A stretch of 33,370 nt of DNA from positions 1-33,370 of the IMG/VR virus record IMGVR_UViG_3300037044_000270. The stretch is one strand, 5' to 3'. Within the stretch, counting starts at the first letter, position 1. Each line of letters opens with the position of its first letter. The DNA comes from a virus. Lineage: Duplodnaviria; Caudoviricetes. Made by a program: the position numbers and the translations under genes. Below are positions 7,356 through 16,108 of the stretch, one piece after another. The notes under the pieces were generated by a model that was not told the origin of the DNA, searched no databases, and saw only the letters and a list, made by a program, of their open reading frames with translations.

Positions 7356-8186
7356 ATGATCGTAAAACAGAATAATCGAGTTTCAGCTCCAATCAAATGG
7401 CATGGCGGGAAATCCTATCTCGCTGCGAGAATCATTGAAATGATTCCGGTGCACACTCACTATGTCGAGCCATATTTTGGCGGTGGGGCAGTGCTTTTTC
7501 GGAAACATGAGCAGCTGTATGTGAATCATTCTGAAGTCATAAACGACGTTTTTGGAGAGCTCGTAAATTTTTGGCGAGTACTCCAATCCAAAAGCGAATT
7601 TCCCGAATTCGAGCGGCGAGTAACTCTGACTCCGTTTGCAAAGCCTGTATGGGAAAATGCAACGCATTGTGAGTCAACAGATAACGTTGATAGGGCAGTT
7701 GCGTTCTTTGTCAGGTATCGGCAATCACGTCAAGGTTTAGGACGAGATTTTGCTACGATGTCTCGTACCAGGACGAGACGGGGCATGAATGAACAGGTTT
7801 CGTCCTGGTTGTCTGCAATCGATGGGTTACATGATGCACATGAGCGTTTAAGCCGAGTGGTAATCTATTGTGAAAATGCAGTTGAAATAATTCAACGAGA
7901 GGATGACCCGAATACTTTCTTCTATTGTGATCCCCCATATGTTGCGGATACACGAGTTGTCAAGAATGCATATTCGTGCGAAATGGCAAACGATGAGCAT
8001 GGCCAGCTGCTGGATACACTCGGCCACATCCGTGGGAAGTTCTTGCTGAGTGGCTATCCGAATGCGTTGTATGAAGATGCTGCTAAGCGATTTGGTTGGA
8101 CTCGCCTTGATATCAAAATTGACAACAAGGCGAGTTCCCAAAAGACGAAACCAACAAAGACGGAATGTCTGTGGTCGAATTATTAG
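7356..8186 (+). CDS. Dam/D12-class N6-adenine DNA methyltransferase
   Basis: IKWHGGKS, YVEPYFGGGAV, EVIND and FFYCDPPY motifs in alpha-class order. Start at ATG 7356 after AAGGGA. Confidence 0.93.
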   Translation: MIVKQNNRVSAPIKWHGGKSYLAARIIEMIPVHTHYVEPYFGGGAVLFRKHEQLYVNHSEVINDVFGELVNFWRVLQSKSEFPEFERRVTLTPFAKPVWENATHCESTDNVDRAVAFFVRYRQSRQGLGRDFATMSRTRTRRGMNEQVSSWLSAIDGLHDAHERLSRVVIYCENAVEIIQREDDPNTFFYCDPPYVADTRVVKNAYSCEMANDEHGQLLDTLGHIRGKFLLSGYPNALYEDAAKRFGWTRLDIKIDNKASSQKTKPTKTECLWSNY

Positions 8187-8188
8187 TA

Positions 8189-8932
8189 TCAGGAAGCTTT
8201 CCGCACATTCATGAGTGCTGACAAAATGAGCTCATCGGACAGCCCGTCACACTTTGCTTTCATCCTGACATAGTTACAAAGAGCGCCTGCCCCCCTGGGC
8301 ATACACACGAGGTCATCAATCGTCAGATCTCGGTACATTCCGGCCAAGCAATCGACAATCATTTCCTTGAATCGAAGTGCGTCAATATCACATCCCGCGT
8401 TCAATAGTTTGCTCTTGAGAAGTTGGCGTTTACCACGAGATTTCAATCCAGTTGGGCAATTCTTTCGTTTGCGTATATTCATCAATGACTTCAAAATGAA
8501 TTCATTCTCTAATAGCTCGGAAGCTACCCCTTCACGAATTCTATCGCAATAGTCCAATGAATTCATTGGGTTACAAACGAGGTTATCAATAGTTGTTCCC
8601 GGAAACTGTGTCATCAAGTTTTCGATCAGTCGTTCACGGAACTTCTCTGGCGAGTCATAGCATTTGCTCGCCAGTAATTTTTCTTTTAACTTCATTCGTT
8701 TGCCTCCGTTCGTTGGTTGTGAATGAATGGTTATTGGAATTTCATAATGGTCGATCAACAGTTGAGCAGAACTTAACCGGATATCAGCATAGTCCCCATC
8801 AGATTTGCCGATGGCGAACTCCTGTAGCGTAGCTTGTGGTACTCCCGTACTGCGTGCGACAGATGAAATTGAATCATCATTGAGTACACATCGTCTCAAG
8901 ATGTCTGCCAAGTCCATTTCAGTGGTTCGCAT
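8189..8932 (-). CDS. XRE/Cro-like HTH protein fused to two tandem 74-aa Cys-containing repeats
   Basis: SISSVARSTGVPQATLQEF HTH; repeats with a 90-aa period; AGGAGG SD before ATG 8932. Confidence 0.85.
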   Translation of the reverse strand: MRTTEMDLADILRRCVLNDDSISSVARSTGVPQATLQEFAIGKSDGDYADIRLSSAQLLIDHYEIPITIHSQPTNGGKRMKLKEKLLASKCYDSPEKFRERLIENLMTQFPGTTIDNLVCNPMNSLDYCDRIREGVASELLENEFILKSLMNIRKRKNCPTGLKSRGKRQLLKSKLLNAGCDIDALRFKEMIVDCLAGMYRDLTIDDLVCMPRGAGALCNYVRMKAKCDGLSDELILSALMNVRKAS

Positions 8933-8953
8933 AATCAGGCCCTCCTGAAACTT

Positions 8954-8982
8954 ATTATCGGAAAACCGATAGGAGCTGTCAA
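8954..8982 (-). promoter_or_regulatory. Sigma70-type promoter with overlapping palindromic operator
   Basis: Minus strand reads TTGACA-N17-GATAAT. Palindrome TATCGG-N4-CCGATA at 8956-8971 overlaps the -10 box and spacer. Confidence 0.8.
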
Positions 8983-9037
8983 GAGTCAGATTGTCAGAAG
9001 AGTCTATAATCAATCAAAGCGCTAATGATGTTGGCAG

Positions 9038-9457
9038 GTGTTGTTGTATGATGTTCGGGATAAGACAGCGAAATCCGGATGGTCTATTCAGGCTATTTTA
9101 GAATTGATAAACAAAATGATTTGTAGCAATGGTGTTTACCTTACACGGGGGAAAGTAAAAGCCCTAGTGGAAAGTACTTCGGAAACGGCTAATGACTTTC
9201 CACTCAATGGAAAAATCTTAACCGACCCCGGCTCTATTGCCTCGTGGAAAGCAAATGGACAATTCGATAATAATCCACCTCACCGCTTAGATTTGATCCT
9301 TAAAGTAATACCGCTAGAGTATGATCAAAATAACATTGTCGATATAGATGCAACAATCAAAAAAGCGGACGACATTATGGATGATGATTATATGAAGAAT
9401 ATTAAAGCCTTGTGTGAACTTCATTACCTCCCACCGTCGTTGCCCGGATTAGAATGA
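9038..9457 (+). CDS. Hypothetical protein (AT-rich, start uncertain)
   Basis: 139-aa ORF filling the gap; TATAAT at 9005-9010 upstream. Confidence 0.55.
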   Translation: MLLYDVRDKTAKSGWSIQAILELINKMICSNGVYLTRGKVKALVESTSETANDFPLNGKILTDPGSIASWKANGQFDNNPPHRLDLILKVIPLEYDQNNIVDIDATIKKADDIMDDDYMKNIKALCELHYLPPSLPGLE

Positions 9458-9471
9458 CTTTTATTGACGAT

Positions 9472-9783
9472 TCAACTCAATTCCAAATCGAAGTCTTCCC
9501 GTTCAATGTTGGTTTCTCGAAAATAGCTCTGCATGCTTTCCCGGGCCTGCTCGATGTATCGGCAGACGGTCGCTTTATTAATCCGTAGTGCAGATCCAAT
9601 CTGGGAATAGGTCCATCCATCCAGATTGAGGTAATAGACGGCCAGCTGGCGACGTCTGCGGGTCCGTCTTTTCCGACAGCGGTCGGATTGAATCCACCGC
9701 TCAAACATGGCACGACGAAATGCTGATTCGTCTTTGAGATCTGATAAATGAACTTCCTCTTCACATGTGGTCATTGCAGACAT
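9472..9783 (-). CDS. Sigma70 region-4-like HTH protein (candidate late regulator)
   Basis: RRQLAVYYLNLDGWTYSQIGSALRINKATVCRYIEQAR. Start at ATG 9783 after AGGGAG. Confidence 0.8.
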   Translation of the reverse strand: MSAMTTCEEEVHLSDLKDESAFRRAMFERWIQSDRCRKRRTRRRRQLAVYYLNLDGWTYSQIGSALRINKATVCRYIEQARESMQSYFRETNIEREDFDLELS

Positions 9784-9808
9784 CAATTGCTCTCCCTGCG
9801 AAAAAAAC

Positions 9809-9848
9809 ATGCAACGTCTTGATTACATGTAATGGCAGATCGTTGCAT
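9809..9848. promoter_or_regulatory. 40-bp interrupted palindrome between divergent genes (candidate operator)
   Basis: ATGCAACG...ATTACATGTAAT...CGTTGCAT. Confidence 0.6.
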
Positions 9849-9880
9849 TCTTATTTCTCAGATTCAGGGAGTCCAGATCA

Positions 9881-10699
9881 ATGGCACGTGCAAGTAGCAA
9901 AAAACAGGCAAGTTTAGGCATCAGTTATCAGATCAAATTCTTGACTGGCAATCCTTTGTATGATTTTCTGCATCAGCATCGTCTGATTGCTGGATTGCTG
10001 GGAATTGCTTTACTCTGGTGTGTCGGTCACCTGGTCATGGGGTCTGTTTATCAGCGCGGGGAAATCCGCGGTCCCAGCTCAGTCCGCTCATCTGACAGTC
10101 CAAAGTATGATTTGAAACTTCCCGGATATGTGTCAGAAATCACCTGGCATCTGGTGGATGGAGTGCATCTTCGAGAACTGGAAAGCCGCTCCCGCACAGT
10201 GGAGCTGCAATCGCTCATGCCAGGGGATTATCAGCTGGTCTGCGTCACCAGCAATTTACTGGGCCATAAATTGCATTCGCGCTCACTGCGGATCACAGGT
10301 GACAAACCCACTCCACACCCCGTCCCAGCTCCAACACCCCGGCCGTGTTGTGAATTCGATCAATTGACCCGTATCACGGCTGCGGAATTCGCCAAGATTC
10401 GCGGAACTCAAAAAAATGTCCAAGCGGCGAAATTGTCCAATACCCTGAAGATGATCGCTGATGATGTCAGTCGTTCCGTCATCACAGATGAGCAGGACAT
10501 CATCAATCAGATTGCAGCAGCTTACAAAGCCCATACGGATCACACATGGTCCGATGCCCGGCGTGCCATCAATGATGAGGTCAAACACATCGACGCACAG
10601 GGACAGATCACACATATCCGAGAATGGGCCTCGGTCATCATGGCTGTTGTCGATGGTCTGCAGATGCACGGTGACAGGGCTGGAGATCCACAAGGCTGA
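9881..10699 (+). CDS. Membrane-anchored protein: TM, beta-sandwich-like domain, Pro-rich linker, helical domain
   Basis: TM LIAGLLGIALLWCVGHLVM; PGDYQLVCV strand pattern; PTPHPVPAPTPRP linker. Confidence 0.8.
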   Translation: MARASSKKQASLGISYQIKFLTGNPLYDFLHQHRLIAGLLGIALLWCVGHLVMGSVYQRGEIRGPSSVRSSDSPKYDLKLPGYVSEITWHLVDGVHLRELESRSRTVELQSLMPGDYQLVCVTSNLLGHKLHSRSLRITGDKPTPHPVPAPTPRPCCEFDQLTRITAAEFAKIRGTQKNVQAAKLSNTLKMIADDVSRSVITDEQDIINQIAAAYKAHTDHTWSDARRAINDEVKHIDAQGQITHIREWASVIMAVVDGLQMHGDRAGDPQG

Positions 10700-10753
10700 C
10701 AACTCATTACTGATTTATGAGTAGGCAAGTTCAATCCAAAAATCAGGGAGCTG

Positions 10754-12262
10754 ATGATGAGTTTCTGGGTCCGATTAGCGTTTTCAGTGATGTCGACTTT
10801 GGGTGGCCTAGGAGCTATCCAGTTTTCTGTCTCGGTCGAGTTCGGGAATATTCCGGTTCAACCTCCTGTGGCAGTCGATCAGCTCGGCTGGTCACAGGAC
10901 TTCAATCGTGAGCAATACGAACAAATTCCGGCACTGGAGATTTTCGGTGACTCAGCGGAAAACCACGTCCACGACAATATCCGCCTGTGGGAGATGGTCC
11001 GAGCTGTCAATCACGGTCAGGATTCCATCAACATCAAACAGGAGATTGGAGACTGTGTCAGTCATGCCACTGACAAAGCGGTAGAGCATCTGAATTCCGC
11101 TCAAATCTATTTGTCTGGTCTGGATCGTCCCTTTATTGATTTCTGCCCGCATTGGTTCTATGGGATTTCCCGGGTGCTAATCGGCAAAGGTCAGCTGGGG
11201 AATGGTGACGGCTCGGTGGTTTCATGGGCCTGTGAAGGCATCAAGAAATACGGCTGCTTGCCTGCTGATCTGCCCGGTGTGCCAGACTATTCTGGCCGAG
11301 TCGCCAAATCATGGGGTATCAACGGGCCGCCCGCTGAGCTGATGCACTATGCCAAGCAGTACATGATCAAAGGTGTTCGGCGGTGTGCGAATGCCAATGA
11401 TTGTGTGATGGCATTGGCCAATGGATATCCCCTGATCACTGGTTCGCAGTATGGAACCAAGCAGCTCATCGTTCAAGACAATCGCCGCGTGGGCCCACAC
11501 GATGGGCAATGGGGCCATTCCATGCCGATAGTCGGCTACGACGGGAGTTCCCCCAGTGGCCGACGTTACTTTTCATTCTTCAATTCCTGGGGTGAAGATG
11601 CTCATGGGACTCCCTTGCAAGGTGAACCAAAGGGATCTTTCTGGATCACGTGGGAGGTCATGGACTGGATTTGTAAGACGGGCCAGGTGTATGCAATTTC
11701 CGATATGGAAAGCTTCCCCCGCAGGAAGTTGGACTTTGATGTTTTAGGGGCTGTTGTGCAACGGCCTGCGGTGTTACAGGAGGACTTCTATATGAGTGCA
11801 TTTACTGTAGGACTGGCATTGCTAGTCGTTTCTGTGATCGTCTGGATGCCATCACGTACCGGAATCATGTCTCTTATGCTGGCTGTGATGTTCATTCCAA
11901 ATGCCGGTATGTGTGCTGATAAATTTGATGCTCTCGATCTTAGAGAGATCAACTATCAAGCCCTTGAAATCACGGATTCACCCGTCACACAGGTTCCAAC
12001 GGTTATTGTTTATTCCATTGTCCCCTGTCCTCCCTGCGATGCTTTGAAGCAAAAAATCAAGGATGGTGATGCACAACTGAAAGTGGTCTATAAAGACCGC
12101 TCGGAAATGCCTCCTGAGTTGCAGGCTGTCGCTGACAAACAGGGATATCCATTTGCTCATTGTGATGCCAATAAAAAATTCATCTCCCATGCTCCCCGTT
12201 CGCTGGATGACTTGAAATACCTTGCGAATCAACCCATTGCCGTCCGGCACGTGAGACGATGA
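10754..12262 (+). CDS. Papain-like (C1) cysteine peptidase fused to TM hairpin and thioredoxin/glutaredoxin-like domain
   Basis: N-terminal signal/TM; QEIGDCVSHA (oxyanion Q, catalytic C), GHSM (H), NSWG (N); two hydrophobic segments; VIVYS..PCPPCDALK CxxC motif. Confidence 0.9.
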   Translation: MMSFWVRLAFSVMSTLGGLGAIQFSVSVEFGNIPVQPPVAVDQLGWSQDFNREQYEQIPALEIFGDSAENHVHDNIRLWEMVRAVNHGQDSINIKQEIGDCVSHATDKAVEHLNSAQIYLSGLDRPFIDFCPHWFYGISRVLIGKGQLGNGDGSVVSWACEGIKKYGCLPADLPGVPDYSGRVAKSWGINGPPAELMHYAKQYMIKGVRRCANANDCVMALANGYPLITGSQYGTKQLIVQDNRRVGPHDGQWGHSMPIVGYDGSSPSGRRYFSFFNSWGEDAHGTPLQGEPKGSFWITWEVMDWICKTGQVYAISDMESFPRRKLDFDVLGAVVQRPAVLQEDFYMSAFTVGLALLVVSVIVWMPSRTGIMSLMLAVMFIPNAGMCADKFDALDLREINYQALEITDSPVTQVPTVIVYSIVPCPPCDALKQKIKDGDAQLKVVYKDRSEMPPELQAVADKQGYPFAHCDANKKFISHAPRSLDDLKYLANQPIAVRHVRR

Positions 12263-12268
12263 ATCACC

Positions 12269-12619
12269 ATGCCCATCGGCCCCAAGAGACGACCTCACTA
12301 CCGGTCTGGTACCAGCTCAAAGCATGGGAAAGATCCAAGCATGAGGCGGCTATCCTCCCACCAGCGCGGGTATACCGGGAAGTGGAGAACCTACCGCAAG
12401 GCATTCCTGAGCAAGCCGGCCAATGTCTTGTGCGTCCATTGTCTGCTCTTGGAACCACCCCGCCACACACCGGCGAATGAGGTGGATCACATCATTCCAC
12501 ATAAAGGTGATTCCAAACTTTTCTGGGATCGTGCCAATCATCAGGCACTCTGCAAGCCGTGCCATTCCCGGAAAACGGCCACGGAAGATGGTGGTTTTGG
12601 AGCATTCACGAAGCGGTAA
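12269..12619 (+). CDS. Terminase-associated HNH endonuclease
   Basis: RGY..KW...R..FL, CVHC, VDHIIPHKGD..LFWD..N.QALCKPCHSRKT. Confidence 0.95.
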   Translation: MPIGPKRRPHYRSGTSSKHGKDPSMRRLSSHQRGYTGKWRTYRKAFLSKPANVLCVHCLLLEPPRHTPANEVDHIIPHKGDSKLFWDRANHQALCKPCHSRKTATEDGGFGAFTKR

Positions 12620-12687
12620 CATGGGAGGTCTGCAACGAGTACGCTGTGGTAGAACATTCTATCATTAGCACCCTTGGAGACCTCAAC

Positions 12688-13479
12688 ATGAACACCAAAT
12701 CTGGACCAAACTGGACCCTTTACAACGGCAATTCTTTGGAATGGATGCGAACGAATCGTTTCACTCAACCCGCATCTTTTGATGCTGTCATTACCGACCC
12801 GCCATACTGCTCAACAAAAGCATCATCCAGCTCCGCCACAAGCAAGAAATATCAGCAATCAGGGTCAGCTAAAAAGTATCCTGAGTTTATGGGTGATACG
12901 CTTGATCCTCGGGCGTTCACTTCATGGTGTGCCGAGTGGATGTCGATGGCACATGAGCTGACAAAGCCCGGTGGTTATTTGCTCTGCTTCAGTGATTGGC
13001 GTCGTCTACCGCAAATGAGCGATGCAATCCAATGGGCCGGTTGGACCTATCGTGGTGTAGCTATCTGGGACAAAGGCTTGGCATCCCGCAGTTGTGGTAA
13101 GGGGTGGTTTCGCTTTCAATCAGAGATGATTCTTTGGGCGACCAAAGGAACACTGCAGCCGCGGAATGGCACGCGAGTTTATCCGGGTGTTTTCCAGCAT
13201 CAGGTCAATGCTAAAGAGAAGCTCCACATGACGGGAAAGCCGATTGCTCTGATGAGTGATCTGGTCAGCATTGTCGCACCAGGTGATCGTGTCTTGGATC
13301 CCTTTGCGGGATCGGCATCTACTGGCGTTGCATGCCTGAAACATGGTGTGGAGTTTGTGGGATGCGAGATGAGCAAGGATTACTTTGCGATCTCCTGTGA
13401 TCGTTTGGCAACGACCTCACATGTAATGAGCGATCATTCACATAAGGAGAATAGAAATGCCAAAGCCAAAGCAGCTTAA
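12688..13479 (+). CDS. N6/N4 DNA methyltransferase (beta class)
   Basis: ITDPPY precedes H.TGKP..LM and VLDPFAGSASTG. Start at ATG 12688 after GGAG. Confidence 0.92.
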   Translation: MNTKSGPNWTLYNGNSLEWMRTNRFTQPASFDAVITDPPYCSTKASSSSATSKKYQQSGSAKKYPEFMGDTLDPRAFTSWCAEWMSMAHELTKPGGYLLCFSDWRRLPQMSDAIQWAGWTYRGVAIWDKGLASRSCGKGWFRFQSEMILWATKGTLQPRNGTRVYPGVFQHQVNAKEKLHMTGKPIALMSDLVSIVAPGDRVLDPFAGSASTGVACLKHGVEFVGCEMSKDYFAISCDRLATTSHVMSDHSHKENRNAKAKAA

Positions 13480-13714
13480 CCGAGCTGAGAAGATCAAAGC
13501 CCTGATAGCTGCGAAACGTCGCGGACAGCGTGCCTATGATGAAGTTAATCGTCTGTTCAATGAGCTCCAAGCGGAAGTCCAGATCCCATATGAGTACAAG
13601 CTACCAGATGGTTCTGTATTCCGCATCATTGATCCATTCGTGGATGACAATGGCAATCCCAAGCGTGTGGTTCGTCCTGCTGTTGTTGGTCGCTATGACT
13701 GGGATGTGAAATGA
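13457..13714 (+). CDS. Hypothetical protein
   Basis: Strong SD AAGGAG; 85 aa. Confidence 0.75.
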   Translation: MPKPKQLNRAEKIKALIAAKRRGQRAYDEVNRLFNELQAEVQIPYEYKLPDGSVFRIIDPFVDDNGNPKRVVRPAVVGRYDWDVK

Positions 13715-13815
13715 AATTCATAAGAGCAGCAATGGAGCTGCTGCTCCATCTGTTTGGGTTTGCAGCGATGATGTTCATTGCATGTGTGCTGCTGTCTCTG
13801 CTCTCTCTGATCTGA
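13711..13815 (+). CDS. 34-aa single-TM peptide (not in the ORF track)
   Basis: ATGA-coupled to the upstream stop; MKFIRAAMELLLHLFGFAAMMFIACVLLSLLSLI. Confidence 0.5.
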   Translation: MKFIRAAMELLLHLFGFAAMMFIACVLLSLLSLI

Positions 13816-13852
13816 TGTGGAGCTCACAATGGAATCAAAACCCTCCTAACAT

Positions 13853-13916
13853 GGGGGGGGGAAATTCGCGGAAAAGGGGCGGTCCGGAAACCGCCCAGTA
13901 AGTAAGCGTGTTTTTT
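13853..13916. other. Candidate cos packaging region
   Basis: G9 run, GGGCGGT/ACCGCCC dyad (13877-13896) and T run immediately upstream of terS, the usual cos position in HNH/P27-terminase phages. Confidence 0.6.
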
Positions 13917-13938
13917 GGCAGAAAATGGGGGGTGGGGG

Positions 13939-14436
13939 GTGGCTGGTTGCAAAGGAAAATCGGGCCGACAAAAGAAGCCGACCGCCCTCAAGATTTTGCA
14001 GGGGACATACCGGGCTGATCGAGATGCGGAATCGGTCAAGTTTTCCGCAGACAATATTCCTCCCATGCCCAAAGGTCTGCATCCTATCGCGCAAGCAGAG
14101 TGGAATGAGCTCACACCGTTATGTGTGAATAAGGGTTTGGTCACGCGCGGGGACTGGATTGCCTGGTCCAGTGGTTTCCGGATTTATTCTGTCTATCTCC
14201 GAGCGTTGGAAACGCTTGGAGATCTAGTGGAATACGCAGAATCTGGCATGGCTGTGGCGCGGCCAGAAGTATGGATCATCAAATCCTATCAGGAGATGGT
14301 TCTCAAATGGTGTCGCGAATTTGGTCTGACAGCATCATCAAGATCCGGGATGAAGATTGATGACAACGAAGGTAAAGACCAAAAGCCGCAAGCCAAAATC
14401 GCCAAGTTTTTCAACAGAAATCCAGGCATCGGTTGA
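13939..14436 (+). CDS. Terminase small subunit (P27 family)
   Basis: GR.KKPTALKILQG, P..L...A..EW, EFGLT.SSR. Start placed at GTG 13939. Confidence 0.92.
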   Translation: MAGCKGKSGRQKKPTALKILQGTYRADRDAESVKFSADNIPPMPKGLHPIAQAEWNELTPLCVNKGLVTRGDWIAWSSGFRIYSVYLRALETLGDLVEYAESGMAVARPEVWIIKSYQEMVLKWCREFGLTASSRSGMKIDDNEGKDQKPQAKIAKFFNRNPGIG

Positions 14437-16108
14437 ACAATACTGTGATGATGTGCTCAGTGGTCGGATCGTCGTTGGTCATCTTCTCAAGCAAGCTGTC
14501 AAACGCTATCGCCGGGATCTCAAAGATCCCCGCTGGAGATTCGATCAGGAAAAAGCGGAACGACCGATCCAGTTCATTGAAGAACTGGTGCATAGCACGG
14601 GAGAATTTCAAGGTCAGAAATTCATTCTGAGACCATGGCAACGCTGGGTCATCTGGAACATCTTCGGATTTGTGCATGCTAAAGATGGAGATGGCATCGT
14701 GGCGGGAACTCGCCGCTTTCGAGAAGCGTTCCTGCAGATCGGCCGGGGTAATGGAAAAACGCCTCTGGCTGCCGCCATCGAATTGTATATGTGCTGTGCT
14801 GACGATCCGCCGGAACCACGCGCAGAAGTGGTCAATGCTGCAACGGAAAAAGGACAGTCTAAGCTGGGGACCAATGAAGTCTGTCGCTTCATCAATCATT
14901 TACCGGACGATCTGAATAAGCTGTTCACGATCACAAAACAAGCCATTGTCTATCTCCCGACAGAATCCTCGATTGTTCCCCTCGCCAAGAATGCGGAGTC
15001 CAAAGACGGTTTCAATCTCCATTGTTACGTGTGCGATGAGCTGCACGCATTCAAGGAGGAGCATCAGGAGCTGCTCGACAAGATCGAAACCGCGATGGGG
15101 AAACGCCGGCAGCCGCTTGGCATTTACATTACCACCGCAGGTTCAGACCGCTCGTTGATCTGGATCGAGAAATACAACCATGCCGCCGGTATGCTCAATG
15201 AGTTGTACAACGATGATCGCATGTTTGCTGCCATCTATGAAATTGACGAGAAAGACAATCCTCTCGTTGAAGCGAACTGGTGTAAGGCCAATCCGAACCT
15301 AGGGATTTCCGTTAAGTTGGATTATCTCCGAGGTCTCGCTGAGAAAGCCACACGCAATCAGAATGCCAAAAACAAACTGATGCGGTATCACTGCAACCGT
15401 CTCGTGAGCAGCTCCTCCAAAGCCATTCAGCTCGATCTGTGGAACAAATGCCTCAGCAAGTTGCCAAACCTGCACGGCCTCCGCTTGTATGGGGGTTTGG
15501 ACCTCGGATGGAGAAACGACTTGGCCAGCTTCTCAGTCGTCTTTCTGCTACCGAACGGTGAGTACGGTGTGAAGGTCTGGAACTGGATCCCGGAAGAAAG
15601 TGAAAAGCGAGACATCAACCGAGATCCATGGTTCACATGGATTCAGCGGGGTGAACTCTTTGTCACACCAGGAGACGTGACTGATCCGGAAGCGATCTTT
15701 ACCCATATCAAAAAGATCAAGTCGCAATACAACCTGCAGACGATTGCCCTAGATCCGAACAATGCGCGGGAAATGGCCATCAAGCTCATCAACGAACTGG
15801 GGATGGAGGACAGGGTGTACGACTTTTTCCAGAATTGCCGCAAGTACAACGAGCCGACGAAAAAGCTGTTGGACCTGATCGAGCAAAAGAAACTGAACCA
15901 TGGTGGCAATCAGCTGTTACGTTGGTCCGCTCACAATCTGATTCTGAAATCAGATCCCGCAGGTCTAGTCATGCCGAATAAAGCCAAGTCGACCGACAAG
16001 ATTGACCCCATGGTGGCAACGATCATGGCTCTATCAGAGTGCCTTTATGGTGAGGCAAGTGGTAAACACCTGAACCAGAATAAAGATGACTGGCGTGTAC
16101 TTTCATGA
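14360..16108 (+). CDS. Terminase large subunit
   Basis: LRPWQ, Walker A GRGNGKT, Walker B CDELH, ITTAG, KANPNLG, nuclease GLDLG and KIDPMVA. Confidence 0.97.
   Translation: MTTKVKTKSRKPKSPSFSTEIQASVEQYCDDVLSGRIVVGHLLKQAVKRYRRDLKDPRWRFDQEKAERPIQFIEELVHSTGEFQGQKFILRPWQRWVIWNIFGFVHAKDGDGIVAGTRRFREAFLQIGRGNGKTPLAAAIELYMCCADDPPEPRAEVVNAATEKGQSKLGTNEVCRFINHLPDDLNKLFTITKQAIVYLPTESSIVPLAKNAESKDGFNLHCYVCDELHAFKEEHQELLDKIETAMGKRRQPLGIYITTAGSDRSLIWIEKYNHAAGMLNELYNDDRMFAAIYEIDEKDNPLVEANWCKANPNLGISVKLDYLRGLAEKATRNQNAKNKLMRYHCNRLVSSSSKAIQLDLWNKCLSKLPNLHGLRLYGGLDLGWRNDLASFSVVFLLPNGEYGVKVWNWIPEESEKRDINRDPWFTWIQRGELFVTPGDVTDPEAIFTHIKKIKSQYNLQTIALDPNNAREMAIKLINELGMEDRVYDFFQNCRKYNEPTKKLLDLIEQKKLNHGGNQLLRWSAHNLILKSDPAGLVMPNKAKSTDKIDPMVATIMALSECLYGEASGKHLNQNKDDWRVLS

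Noticed and set aside
7356-9457. Classical type II restriction-modification system
   Set aside because: No recognisable PD-(D/E)xK, HNH or GIY-YIG nuclease motif in the neighbouring ORFs.
9865-10755. CAGGGAG before ATGs at 9881, 10754 and 9783 as further CsrA sites
   Set aside because: Adequately explained as ordinary SD sequences; single GGA each.
12559-12687. N-terminal extension of the beta-class MTase
   Set aside because: It overlaps the HNH gene and has no domain content; ATG 12688 has an SD.
13915-13941. G-rich tract as G-quadruplex or phase-variable element
   Set aside because: More simply part of the cos/terS upstream region; it lies before the likely GTG start.
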